Of a stretch of DNA of 64,000 nucleotides, positions 12,698 to 26,179 are shown piece by piece (position 1 is the stretch's first letter; every line of letters starts with the position of its first letter). A model generated the notes under the pieces. The model was given only the letters and a program-made list of their open reading frames with translations, had not been told where the DNA came from and searched no databases. The position numbers were made by a program, and so were the translations under genes. The DNA lies in assembly GCF_006345805.1 (NCBI RefSeq), contig NC_043002.1, forward strand, positions 61,008,001 through 61,072,000, read 5' to 3'. The stretch comes from Octopus sinensis. Lineage: Eukaryota.

Positions 12698-13810
12698 TAC
12701 AGGGTGCGAAGGGTAATTGTTGCTATTTTATATTTTTTAATTTCGTGCATGCGCATTGTTTACATTTGATTCGGTCGACTACACAATATAGTAAGGTCAG
12801 TTGAGCACCGTCTGTTTAAAAGCAGCACCATGAAGCAATTCACTCAGCCAGAAATTTGGAAACGACGTTCTTTAAAGCTTGGAATTCGCGCCGGACCCTC
12901 CAGTATTAATGTATTTTGGTGTCAATCTGATGACAATACAGAGCATTCGGAATGAGTTCGATGAGTCTAATGGTGATTACGAAGGTACGGCAGCTCGGAA
13001 AACTCCCTCTGACCGTTCTGATGAGAAAAGAACTTCTGAATTTGTTGGTGAATTCCAGACCGTGATTGACAACGATCCCTCCAAGTCAATCAGGCCCATC
13101 ACCAGGGACATGAGAATATCTCAGTTTCATATCAGGCAGATAGTGCATGAAGAGATTCGGTATTCCTAATAGAGATGAGACAGTGCCAATTTTTATCCCA
13201 AGCCACCGAGAACAAGAGAAAATAGTGCGTTACGGAGCTTTTGAACAAACTTAAGCATACTCTACTATCGAACATGGTGTTGTTTTTCGCAGACGAGAAA
13301 ATTTTCTGTCAGGATCAGATGATGAACACACAAAACAAACGTTGGCTTGCTTTGTCCCCAAAACATGTACCAAGAGTGATGAAAATCAAAACATCTAGTC
13401 AACATCATGGTGTTTGAACTAATCACTAATGATGGCGACGTTATGCCTCCATTCATCTTCTCACATACTCTCTGACACAACACAGAGGCTTGTACTAGGT
13501 GCCTGGAGGAGGTAGTGCTGCCTTGGATCAAGAGGATGGCTACTAGAAGACCCTATGTCTGGTAATAGGACTCTACACAATGCCACACAAGCGGGAGAAT
13601 TCAGTCATGGCTGTCAAACAACTTCTCGATCACATCCCCTTTACATCTGGCCACCTAACTACCCAGACTGTAAAGTTGCAGGAAATTCCAATGTCGTCTA
13701 CAGACAGTAGTTGAATCCAATGGCGATTTTATTGAATAAATTTACTCTTTAGTATTTAGAGATAGTTTTATGTAATTTTGGCAAATATATCTGTTAAAAT
13801 GACATGTCAG
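12698..13810 (+). mobile_element. Tc1/mariner-superfamily DNA transposon (maT/DD37D-like), degenerate and internally deleted
   Basis: TA-CAGGGTG start; ATG 12830; decayed transposase with FFADEK, VMPPFIF, YVW..DS..CHTS and IWPPNYPD motifs; coding stops just before the third catalytic residue, so the DD37D spacing cannot be confirmed; no right TIR found. Confidence 0.8.
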
Positions 13811-14110
13811 AGTTAGTTTCATTTTGGCGTAATATAGACGTCAATGTATTCACCACAACTTGTACACACATATTACACACCCAAATATATATATTTACAC
13901 ACATAGATACAGAGGCCGAAGAGAGAGAGAGAGAGGAGAGAAGTCGGGAGAAGAGGGAAAGTGAAAGAGAGAAGCAATTAGGTGGAAGAACGCATATTTA
14001 AACGCGTATGTATGCAACTACATATATAATGAATCTATGTATATATATATATGTGTGTGTGTATATATATATATATGTGTGTGTGTGTAGGTATATGTGT
14101 GTATATATAT

Positions 14111-14510
14111 AGACGCAGGAGTGGCTGTGTGATAAGTAGCTTGCTTACCAGCCACATGGTTCCGGATTCAGTCCCACTACGTGGCAACTTCGGCAAGTGT
14201 CTTCTACTATAGCCACGGGCCAACCAAAGACTTGTGAGTGGATTTGGTAGACGGAAACTGAAAGAAGCCTGTCGTATATATGTATATATATATATATGTG
14301 CGTGTGTGTGTGAGCGCGCGCGCGCGTGCGTGCGTGTGTGTGTGTGTCTGTTTCTGTGTCTGTGTTTGTCCCGACACCCCACGATCGCTTGACAACCGAT
14401 GTTGGCGTGTTTACGTCTCCGTAAGTTAGCTGTTCGGCAAAATACTCCTAGGGTCGATCTGTTCGACTAAAGGCGGTGCTCCAGCATGGCAACAAATCGA
14501 AGAATAAAAG
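14111..14510 (+). mobile_element. tRNA-derived SINE, family X, full length
   Basis: A-box-like TGGCTGTGTGATAA, B-box-like GGATTCAGTCCC, core CTTCGGCAAGTGTCTTCTACTATAGCC, internal TG repeat, tail GGGTCGATCTGTTCGACTAAAGGCGGTGCTCCAGCATGGC. Confidence 0.85.
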
Positions 14511-14788
14511 AATATATATATGCATATATATATGTGTATATATACTATACATATGTATACATATGTATATGTATATATATTATCTATATATATATATATA
14601 TACATATATATATAGATGTATATATATATATATATACATGTATATATACATATATATATACATATAAATGTAAATATATATTATGTATAATATATAAATA
14701 TATATATATATATATCTACACACACACACATACACACACACAATACATATATATATAATGTATATATAGATGTATATATATATATATA

Positions 14789-14838
<50 letters not shown>

Positions 14839-15383
14839 GCCATGTATATTGCTATTATTATATGCCATACATATCTGTATTATGTAGTCTCCATGTCTGC
14901 TGTATGAGATATGATCTGGAGCTATAGAATTTAACTGTATTAGGCAAGATATCGACCGAACGAATAGGTGTGACATAGTTATCTTTTCTTGTGAATATAC
15001 TGTCCAGGTGAAACCCATATCGCAGCATCCTTATAGCGGTGATGATGCGCAAGTTATGCAACTGCGCCAATTTCTATTTGACTTGTTGTCGCCATTGTTT
15101 AGTCCCTTCATTCAATGAAATTGTGAATGAAATTGCCATCACTATCATCATCACCGCCACCACCACCACCATCATAATCATAATCATCATCATCATCACC
15201 AACATCACCATCACCACCACCACCACCTCCTCCTCCACTTATTATTATTATTATTATTATTATTATCATCATCATTATTATTTATTATAATTATTATTAT
15301 ATTATTATATTATTATTATTATTATATTATTATTATTATATTATTATTATTATATTATATTAGTAGTAGTAGTAGTAGTAGTA

Positions 15384-15436
<53 letters not shown>

Positions 15437-15449
15437 TTGCTATTAAGCT

Positions 15450-15790
15450 AGCCCACGCTGATCCAATTAGCAGGAATTGAAGTTTGGTAAAAACAAGTCA
15501 CCTGAAATCTCAAGAATAGTCCTTAGGATTCTTGCAGAATAAACGATATTTACTTTTCTGCGTCTCAGCAATTCAAGATTTAATCCTTGACTCTTTCACT
15601 CTTTTAGACAGCATCATTGATGCGGTGCCAAGTGCACCAGTTACTTCAGAAACAATTCTTATCTTAATCTTCGACCGTCTCTTTAGCTCTCTGTCTTGTT
15701 CCTGGTATCTCTCACGTTTTCCAGTTGGTTTCGTATCGTATCCTATCAGAGGAAATTGCAAAATCTCCGATCTTACGCTTTTTCTTTATT
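15450..15790 (-). mobile_element. R4/Dong-type non-LTR retrotransposon, 3' fragment (REL endonuclease end)
   Basis: Minus-strand GYDTK...ERYQEQDRELKR...IVSEVTGALGT...AETQKS...YSARILRTILEI; 3' end runs into a TAC/TAA trinucleotide tract. Confidence 0.8.
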
Positions 15791-15839
15791 TTGTCCTCTG
15801 TAACCATATCTGCGTTTCTTATCTCAGCCGTATGCTCCA

Positions 15840-16015
15840 GCTGACGGAATCGTTGCACGCCGAGCGTAATGCTATGCGGCATTTTGCCCTCCTTTACATT
15901 CTGAGTTCGAATTCCGCCGAGGTCGATAAATTAAGTAACAGTTGAACACTAGGGTCGATGTAATCGACATACTCCTTACATTAAACTTGCTGCCTTGGGC
16001 CAAAGTTTGAAACCA
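15840..16015 (+). mobile_element. tRNA-derived SINE, family Y (internally deleted)
   Basis: GAATCGTTGCACGCCGAGCGTAATGC...GAGTTCGAATTCCGCCGAGGTCGATAAATTAAGTA; related to 24386-24615. Confidence 0.7.
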
Positions 16016-16958
16016 TCATCATGATTATGGTTATTATTATTATTATTGTTGTTGTTTCACCAACACCATCATCATCATGAACACCACCATCACTGCCACC
16101 GCCGCCGCCGCCGCCACCACTACCACAACCACCACCACCACCACCACCATGATTGCTTTTCCCTTGCTTTTATTTATACAATCTGCAACCGCATTTTTAT
16201 TTTTTCCTTTGTACAATGAGTAAGCATACAGGATTAAACAGGTCGCTGCCCAATATATGTTATTATATTTATTGTTATCGATTACTCCCTAGCTCAACTG
16301 ATCAGTTCGTTCTACAGTCAAGGTCCCCGTTAAATCTAAACTTATACTCATAATTACTAGGATCGTTTGGATCGACTAGTTGACAACAACCTTTAAGGCA
16401 ATGCACTACCATGGAAGAAATCCAATGATTGAAAAAGATGAAATGGTAAACGAATGTACACAAGACATATAGCTGCTTAGTTTCCAGTCACTAGATTGGT
16501 AAACTTGTAGCTAAAAGAGAAAACACTTACAGAAATCTACAAGCAATGAGATTGAACACCGAACCAGCCGGTTCGTAGCGAACTTCCTACTTAACAACAT
16601 GGTTAAGGCTGAGGCTGATCTTGTGACTTTATATGAAATTATATTGGTGTTATTCCTTTCGTATTTCCGGCTTATGCAATACACAATCTGGAGATCATCT
16701 GCAGTTTGATGTAATTCTCCAACACATCTCATCAACGAAAGATGTTTCATGTATGTATGTATTTATGTATGTATGTACGTATGTATGTGTATATGTATGT
16801 ATGCATGCATGTATGTATCTTTCTATAACTGCATAATATTTATTATTTACTTCTTTACATATATCTACAAATACATAAAAACATAATTTTTTTATATATA
16901 TATGCCTAAATACATATATGTGTATATATATATTATGCTATATAATATATATATAATA

Positions 16959-16992
<34 letters not shown>

Positions 16993-17109
16993 ATGTACAT
17001 AGTATAATATAGAGAAATAAAATATATAGAGAGGAATAAAATGATTAATGATTTTTCTCAGTATATGTATATATGCCCTATATATATATATACATATATG
17101 TATTTATGC

Positions 17110-17141
<32 letters not shown>

Positions 17142-17250
17142 CATGTTATATGTATAAATATATATATGTATATACATATGTATTTATATGTATATATATA
17201 GTGTGTGTATATATACATGCGAATATATCTATCTATCTATCTATCTGTAT

Positions 17251-17281
<31 letters not shown>

Positions 17282-17466
17282 TATATATCTATATATATAT
17301 CATGGCCACAGTCAAATGACTGAAACAAGTAAAAGAGATATATGTATACGTGCCTATCCACATATACACATATTCTGAGAAAGATAAGGAATCATTTTAT
17401 TTGTACTTACTTCTGTTTCTGTTCGTAAACGAAAAAGAATGCGCAGGCGCGTGTATGGAAGGGAAT

Positions 17467-17509
<43 letters not shown>

Positions 17510-17819
17510 GGCGGGTGTGGAGGAGGGGAGGAAAAGAAATTTTGATAAATTTCAAGTCCGGTTGAATGGTGAAGGAAGTAACTGACCCATGAATTTTTGC
17601 TGAACATTTCAACTAAAAATACACAAATTTGCTTTGAGGGACTCCTGCTTAACGAAAGAAATAGCAATCTCTGCTGTGAATTCATTGCGATTACCATCTG
17701 TTCTTAGGTAACAGTGGAGCAAAAGGTGTCATGTATATTCGTTTGTTATTGTTGTTGTTGATATTGTTGTGATTATTTGTATTATTCTTTTTCTTTCTCC
17801 ACTACATCGTCCCCTCCTT

Positions 17820-18180
<361 letters not shown>

Positions 18181-20135
18181 CTTGATTTTATATATCCTAT
18201 CTTGTTTTATATTATTTCACAATATTTTCATTAGTAGTCTTATTTTGCAGCAAACGTTTGCCAGAAACATCATCAGAACCATGAGTCAAATTATACAATC
18301 AGTTTGTGCGTTTGTGCCTGTGTGTGGCGCGATACTGAAAGCTTTGAAACTACATAAGTAAAAGTTTATGAATTATATACGTAATAGAGAGGAAATGTGT
18401 TTATCCAATCGTGCAGCGTCTCTGAAATTATAAAGGAAATAAGAAGGAAATTATTCTGAAACAGACGCTTTAAGTCAATAGATATTTAACAGCAAGATGT
18501 CCTGTTATATTAGTAAAACGCACAAAAACAATGGCTGCCACGGTTTCCAATGTTATCGTTAGTTTGCGCAGAGCATTCTTAAGTCAGATTTCATAACATG
18601 TTCTTGTACCTAACCTGCATTTATTCGAATGAAATGAACTGAAAATCTCATCGGTTCTAAAGTTATTTTTATCTTATATTGTCTTAAGAAAGATACGCGA
18701 ATATATATATACATAATATACATTCACACGCATGCTGAAATCAAAACATTTGAGCTTGCGATGGAAGAAGTCCGTGGTTTGGGGTTCAGATCCATTATAT
18801 GCACTTCAGGAAAGTAAATTTTACTACGCCCTCAGGGTCGACTAGTGACATCTTCCTGAAGATACTAAAGGAAAACTTCGAGGATGCTCGTAATGTATGT
18901 GTGTTTGTGTTTGTGCGCTCTTTTTATGCTCCTTCACTGCCTTACACCCAGTATTGGTTTGTTTATGTCCCTGCAAGTTAGCGTTTCCAAAAAGCGATCG
19001 ATATTATATATACTAACCTGGGGTCGGTTCTTTCTGTCGAAGCCTTTCAAGGCGATTTCTTATAAATTCTATTTACTTCGGCAAATGCTCTGCCTCGCAC
19101 CCAAGGCCGTTGTGACGACAAAAAAATAGCGAAAAACATGGTTTTGTTTTGCATTAAGTTAAAATGTTTTCCTATTTCTAAAACCAGACCAATTTAGCGC
19201 ATTTTGGCTGTAGAGCGTTGTTTACAAATCAGATGACCTTAATTGAGCTGAAGCGTTATCTAGTCTTAGATTTAAGAGGAAAATATACCTATGCCCCTGG
19301 GAAAGATCTATATGAAAGAATGATTAGAAACCTACCGAGAAGGTCGATCACTTAATTAAATACATGCGCTGGGGTGATGTGGAGTCACATTTAAGAGATT
19401 CGATAATCTGTAAACATCAAATTTGGTCTCTGAATAACAAAATAGCTACAAAACATCAAGTTTGGAAAATGTTGTTTACAAAATTATAGGGTAATATAAA
19501 AGTGACAATGTACATATACATACATTCTAACTATTCAAGGACCTACAAAAAAAAAACACCTTTAGTTAAGGATTTGGAAACATATCAGTAATTCCATTAA
19601 ACTATGTGACACACTTCAGAAATTTATGTTCTTGTTAATTTACTCAAGCTTCATAAGAAAAAGAAAACTGTAAGATAAGAAACAGTTACACGTACGGTTT
19701 AATTAACATCGAAGCAAAATATAATAATAGAGTTAGGACATATGGTAGACCGACTGACTGATATTGCGTTACAAGACCACCAACCAATTACTTATTTGAC
19801 CCTAAATGTCGACATGACAAGCCCACCATGAACGTAGCAAGATTAGGAAACATTTAATAGCAATCCATAAATTATAGTTTGGAAGAAATGCATAACAAAA
19901 GTAACTGTGAAATCACACGTTTCGAAAAGGTGGGAATTTTACTGCAAAATCATAGGCATCATTTTACTAAAGTATTTCGATTCTTGCCGATATATTCACA
20001 TTATCGAGCAAGCCAGTAAGCTCCTCACCATTTAAATGACTCGTTCTAGGTTTAATGGAACAGCAGCAGTAGTTCACCGTTCCGATGATTGGTTTTGACG
20101 TCTGTCTTTAGGGTACGCGAATATATATATTTATA

Positions 20136-20211
<76 letters not shown>

Positions 20212-20264
20212 ATATATACATATATATATATATACTAACACACACATGTATGTATGCATTATTT

Positions 20265-20660
20265 TATTCTTCTACTTGTTTCAATGATTTGACTGCGGCC
20301 ATACTGAAACATCATCTTAAAGGGATTTTAGTCGAATGAATTGACCCCACGACTTATTTTTAAGCCTAGTACTTATTATCTTTTGCCGAATTGCTAATTT
20401 ACGGGAATGTAAACATGCCAACATCGGTTGTCAAGCGGTGATGGGCGGCAAACACAGACACAAAGACACACATACATAGACATATACATAGGTATATACG
20501 ACGGGCTTTTTCCAGTTTCCTTATACCAAATCCGCTCACAAGGTTTTCATCTGTCCGAGGCTATAGTGGAAAACACCAACCCAAGGTGCCACGCATTAGG
20601 ACTAAACCTCAAACCATGTAGTTGTGAAGCAAGCCGCTTGCTGCCACCCAGACCCGCCTG
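20265..20660 (-). mobile_element. SINE family X
   Basis: CTTGTTTCAATGATTTGACTGCGGCCATAC...CGACGGGCTTTTTCCAGTTTCC...GGCTATAGTGGAAAACAC...CCAAGGTGCCACGC. Confidence 0.75.
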
Positions 20661-20679
20661 CACCTATATATATATACAG

Positions 20680-21810
20680 CATTACCTCCTCTTCAGTTCA
20701 TGCCACCCAAAACACACCAAGATAAATATCCCTTTCAACTTAGCTAAAAGGTTATGCACCATTGTCTCGGATCAAAAAACTCGACAAATACTTCAAAACC
20801 TCAAAAAAAAAAAAAACACTATTGCAACGCCAATATCTCTCCACACTCATAGACTACGGAATAAAACGTGCCAAAGAACTAGACTATAAGACATTGAAAA
20901 CCACCCAACGCAGTAACACACCCAACCTCAAAATACTTCCATACATTTCCACCCACAACCCCAAAAACATTGAAGCATACACCACAATCATACAACCCCC
21001 CCTTACTGTCCGCAGACCCAAAATTATCAATATACATAAAATCCTTAAATGCAAAAGGCAACATAAATCTTTGAAAAAACTCGTAACAAATGCCAAACTT
21101 CACACACCACATCCACCCCAATCAGTTAAAAAATGTGCACGCCCTAACTGTGGTACCTACCCCTTCCTACTTGAAGGCTCTGAATTTACTTTCAAATAAG
21201 GAACAAATTTAAGATCAAGACCAACTTCTCCTGTTCCTCCGAGAACATCATCTACGTTCACACATGCGCCGGTTGCCAACACAATTATGTTGGACAAACG
21301 AATCTTCTTTGCGCAGAAGAGTAGCAGTCCATAAAGAACAGATAAATCTTCCACAATACCGTCAAAGTCCACTAAGTAGCCACATAGACTCTTGAGCTAG
21401 AGATAAAAATCCCAAATTTCACATATTCCCATTCTACCTATGTAAAGACAGAATCTCTACTCAAAAAATAATCATCAAAAATTCCAAACGTGTCTTAATA
21501 TGCAAACACCACGGTGACCATAATCCTTTTTCTAGCATGCTATCTGACAAAAAATTGATATAAGAATCCTGTTTGACAAAAAATCTATCATTCCAATTAA
21601 AGATCATAAAATCCACTGAATTGTGTCCCCTTTCTCATAGGAACTGGATAACTCCTACCCATGTCTTGTTTTGACACTCTTTTAAATTAAACACTACATT
21701 TAAACACATGCATCCTAATCCTAAAAAGAAGTTTTTTCCAAGGACTGTTATTGAACTCTAAAAGCATAAATACTCTACAATGTATTGGTATACTTATTTA
21801 TTAATTTTTG
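20680..21810 (+). mobile_element. PLE family B, 5'-truncated (RT thumb + GIY-YIG), degenerate
   Basis: YLLFSSCHPKHTKINIPFNLAKRLCTIVSD, ILPYISTHNP, CARPNCGT linker, ENIIYVHTCAGCQHNYVGQT; frameshifts and stops. Confidence 0.85.
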
Positions 21811-21995
21811 TATAATTGAATTATTATTTTTTTGAATGTAAAGGAGAGCGAAATAACGCATAGTATTTCGCTCGACATGCTAACGGTTTGATTTATCATT
21901 TTTTTCTTTATTAATTTTTCCTACATCCAATTTTATTGAAATATACTTTCAATTTAGCATTTTGCCTGATAATAATTTTTCCTCTCCTATATATA

Positions 21996-22030
<35 letters not shown>

Positions 22031-22095
22031 TGGTGTGTGTGGTGTCCGTGTCCATATATATATATGTTGTGTACACATATATATAATATACATAC

Positions 22096-22151
<56 letters not shown>

Positions 22152-22199
22152 TATATATATGTATATATGTATTTTTTGTATATGTATATATGTATATAT

Positions 22200-22400
22200 T
22201 ATTCTTATTTGTTGCACTTGTTTGACTACAGCCTGCTGGAGCACCACCTTAGTAGAAGAAATCTATCACAGGCCTTATTCTTTGTAAACCTAGTACTTAT
22301 TCTATCTTCCCCATTTACGTCGACGTAAAGATATCGACATCGGTTGTCCAACACAGACACACAAACACACACTACACACACAGTAACTCAGAAACAGACA
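22200..22400 (-). mobile_element. SINE family X, 3' half (diverged)
   Basis: TTTGACTACAGCCTGCTGGAGCACCACC...CTTATTCTTTGTAAACCTAGTACTTATTCTATC. Confidence 0.65.
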
Positions 22401-22412
22401 GACACACACACA

Positions 22413-22465
<53 letters not shown>

Positions 22466-22580
22466 TTATATATATATTTATATAAATATATAATAATAAT
22501 AATAATAATAGGGAGTAAATCCAAACTTACAGGGAAAAATTAGATTTAGGATTAAATCTAATGTTATAGTATAAATATAT

Positions 22581-23672
22581 ATTATATTAAATTAGAGATA
22601 AAACCACTATTAGGCAAATCAAACAGTGAAAATCATAGGCCAATACATAGAAATAAAATTAATTAAAAAAATATAAAATATAAATATTAAAAAAATATAA
22701 AATTCCAATTAAAATATTTATATTAAAGTAAAAATTAAAAAATTATTTAAATAATTTAAACTTATAAATTTTAAATATATTATATATATTTACTATCATT
22801 ATCATTTTATTTTATTTATTTATCTATTTATTTAAATAAATAAATAAAATAAAATAAAATAACAATAATAAATATATATATATAGTGTAATAAATAAAAT
22901 ATATGCACACATACATATATGTACGTACCTACATCTACATTTATATATACATGCATATATAAATATATATATACGTGAGTACAGGACACCACAAATAGAC
23001 GTAGAACACAACGAGAAAGGAAAACGTAAAAACAAACATGGAAACGGACCTATTTTTTAACAACGAAAAACAGAGTACAAGACAAACAACACAAAGAAAA
23101 TTTCCCTTCATCAGCTGTCCCTAGTACGACTCCATGCGTGTTTCGATGGGAAGGACAGAACACGACTCGTCGAACTAGCCCTTCCTGCGAAAGAATTAAA
23201 TAAAATTCCTTTGCAGAGGAGTAAAAACAAGGAAAGGAAAAAATGTGACAAAAAGAGGACGTAAAAACGATATAAATAAAATTACAAAATAAAATACAAA
23301 ATAAAAATACAATTACAAAAAAATACAGAAATAAAAACAAACAAGAAAACAAACAATGAGGGCCTTTTTGGGCTTAGACGAGGAAATATTTTTGAGAGCG
23401 CAGGAAGAAAGCGTGTTCACTGTTAGGAGGCCGCAAGCGAAAGGAAGTGGTCGCCCGGCTGTGAGAGAGATGAAGAGAAGTGAGAGAGAGAGAGAGAGAG
23501 TTTAAATTATTTAAATCATTTTAAAATTTTTACTTTAATATAAATATTTTAATTTGGAATTATATATTTTATATATTTATATTTTTATTTTTTTAATTAA
23601 TTTTATTTCTATGTTCGCTTATGATTTTCATTGTTGATTGCCTAATAGTGGTTTTATTCTCTAATTTAATAT

Positions 23673-23675
<3 letters not shown>
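22581..23675. repeat. Element bounded by ~180-bp inverted repeats (22581-22761 / 23500-23675)
   Basis: ATTATATTAAATTAGAGATAAAACCACTATTAGGCAA... and its reverse complement ...TTGCCTAATAGTGGTTTTATTCTCTAATTTAATATAAT; a related copy lies at about 40460-40510. Confidence 0.75.
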
Positions 23676-23714
<39 letters not shown>

Positions 23715-23723
<9 letters not shown>

Positions 23724-23885
23724 TTATACGACGGGCTTCTTTCAATTTCTGTCTACCAAATCTACTCACATGTCTTTTGGTCGGCCCGAGGCATAGTACA
23801 GACACATGCCCCAAGGTGTGTGCCTTGCTGTGGGACTGAACACTGAACCAAGTGAGTGGTAAGCAAGCTACTTATCGCACAGCCA
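23715..23885 (-). mobile_element. SINE family X, 5' half
   Basis: CGACGGGCTTCTTTCAATTTC...GGTCGGCCCGAGGCATAGT...GGGACTGAACAC...GGTAAGCAAGCTACTTATCGCACAGCCA. Confidence 0.75.
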
Positions 23886-23938
23886 TATATATACCTACAT
23901 ACTTATATACATACATATATATATATTTATGTATATAG

Positions 23939-23987
<49 letters not shown>

Positions 23988-24385
23988 ATATTTATATATA
24001 CATTATATACACATATATAATATATATACATATATGTATATACACATTCGTATACAAATACATGGAATAGACATATTTATTCAAAATGTTAAATGAAAAC
24101 AAGTATTGAAAAAAAAAAGTAAATGCCAACATAATAAAATTACATACCACCACTGCACTCCGTACTTCAAAGTATATTATACAATGCGCCTGGTGCGAGA
24201 ATCGTGATTCGCAGAGAGGGAGATTTACAAACAGGATCTACATTAAGTATTCAATATCATGCATTAAACGTGATTATTACAGCTACTGAATATGTATGCA
24301 CACATACACATATGTACACACTCACACACACATACACACACACACCTATATGCATATGCGCATGTAAATACATATATACACATAA

Positions 24386-24615
24386 GGCGGCAAGCTAGCA
24401 GAAACGTTAGCACGCCGGGCGAAATGCCTAGCGGTATTTCGTCTGCCCTTACGTTGAGTTCAAATTCTGCCGAAGTCGACGTTACCTTTCATCCTTTCGG
24501 GGTAGGTTAAATAAGTACCCGTTAATCACTGAAGGCGATGTAATGGACTTAATCCGTTTGTCTGTCCTTGTTTGTCCCCTCTATGTTTAGCCCCCTGAGG
24601 GCAATAAAAAAATAA
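24386..24615 (+). mobile_element. tRNA-derived SINE, family Y, full length
   Basis: GGCGGCAAGCTAGCAGAAACGTTAG head, GAGTTCAAATTC B-box, CTTTCATCCTTTCGGGG body, GGGCAATAAAAAAATAAA tail. Confidence 0.85.
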
Positions 24616-24880
24616 ATACATACATACAGATATGTATATATGTGCAGATGTGTATGTATATGCGTGTGTGTGTCTGTGTCTGCGTATTTATGTGTCTATG
24701 TTTTGACAACCGATGCCGGTGTGTTTACGTCCCTGTAACTTATATAAATACATATATACACATATGTATATATGTATATATGAAGATATCTATTCATATA
24801 CATTTATATAAATGTACACATATATATCATACGTACACACACACACACACACGTATTATATATACATACATACATATATA

Positions 24881-24925
<45 letters not shown>

Positions 24926-25160
24926 CTATGTATATATATATATATATGTATGTGTGTGTATGTGTGTGTGCTTGGATGTATGTGCATGTGTTTATATGTA
25001 TGCATATTTTATGGAATTGGTAAATTGTACCAGTGAAATAATTCTTTGTTATAATCTCATATTAGTCACGTGTGTTTTAGCACGCTTCGATTTACGAAAT
25101 TGTCGAATGTATAACACGCACGCGCATGCATAATCACATGTATGCATACATACACACACA

Positions 25161-25195
<35 letters not shown>

Positions 25196-25246
25196 AGCTT
25201 CTACAGGACTAGAACTGTTTCATTCAAGAGAAATCTTCAGGAAGCT
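25196..25246 (-). ncRNA. Type I hammerhead ribozyme, family B (left copy)
   Basis: Minus strand AGCTTC-CTGAAGA-TTTC(TCTT)GAAT-GAAA-CAG(TTCTAGTC)CTG-T-A-GAAGCT: helix I 6 bp, helix III 4 bp, GUA triplet, helix II 3 bp closed by U-U. Confidence 0.85.
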
Positions 25247-25627
25247 AGTTAACAAGAATTGTATTGGCATTTATACATTTAGGTATGTATATATATATAT
25301 ATATGTGTATATGTGTGTGTATATATATATATGTATATATGTATATGTATATATATGTGTGTATATATGTATATATATATAAAATTAATTAAGGGTAGAA
25401 ATTGATATTTATCAATTAAGACCAGTGGTCTAGCATATTAAAAAAGAATCCGAAGATTAAAATATTTATATATACCAATTAAGGACTGAACACGAAAAGT
25501 GGACAGTCAACATGCTAGATATAGACGTCAAATCGCCATTCACCACAAAAGATTATGTTCTCGGATCAAACTCAACACAAAACCATAGCAATAAGCAAGT
25601 GAAAAATATACGAAATAAAATAATCAC

Positions 25628-25692
25628 CCATGTACTAAATTAGTTTCAGCTGTTATTTTCCGCAAGGAAAACTGCAGCCATCATCAGCATGG
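25628..25692 (-). ncRNA. Type I hammerhead ribozyme, family C copy 1
   Basis: Minus strand CCATG-CTGATGA-T-GGCTG..TTTTCC(TTGC)GGAAAA..CAGCT-GAAA-CTA(ATT)TAG-T-A-CATGG; complete core, GUA triplet. Confidence 0.9.
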
Positions 25693-26114
25693 TCCGTTAT
25701 AAATGTAATTTGCTGGACTAGATGCAAACACGATACCGAAATATCGCGTGCATGGAGTTCAGCCTATTACATTTGAATATATCTTTCAAATGCCTTTAAT
25801 TGGCGCGTTGAAACCCGAGAAAACTAGCCTGCAGCTAATAATTAGCAGCAGTTAATTTATCGGTTAGAGAATTAATTAAGGGTAGAAATTGATATTTATC
25901 AATTAAGACCAGTGGTCTAGCATATTAAAAAAGAATCCGAAGATTAAAATATTTATATATACCAATTAAGGACTGAACACGAAAAGTGGACAGTCAACAT
26001 GCTAGATATAGACGTCAAATCGCCATTCACCACAAAAGATTATGTTCTCAGATCAAACTCAACACAAAACCATAGCAATAAACAAGTGAAAAATATACGA
26101 AATAAAATAATTAC

Positions 26115-26179
26115 CCATGTACTAAATTAGTTTCAGCTGTTATTTTCCGCAAGGAAAACTGCAGCCATCATCAGCATGG
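26115..26179 (-). ncRNA. Type I hammerhead ribozyme, family C copy 2
   Basis: Same sequence as copy 1, 487 bp away. Confidence 0.9.

Noticed and set aside
14716-15140. Possible host exon(s) in unique sequence
   Set aside because: No recognisable protein motif or convincing splice-site pair; needs BLASTX or RNA-seq.
18260-18280. CTGATGA on the minus strand
   Set aside because: No GAAA or helices in hammerhead arrangement.
21846-21873. Perfect 10-bp hairpin GAGCGAAATA/TATTTCGCTC
   Set aside because: Explained as a minus-strand fragment of the SINE family Y head.
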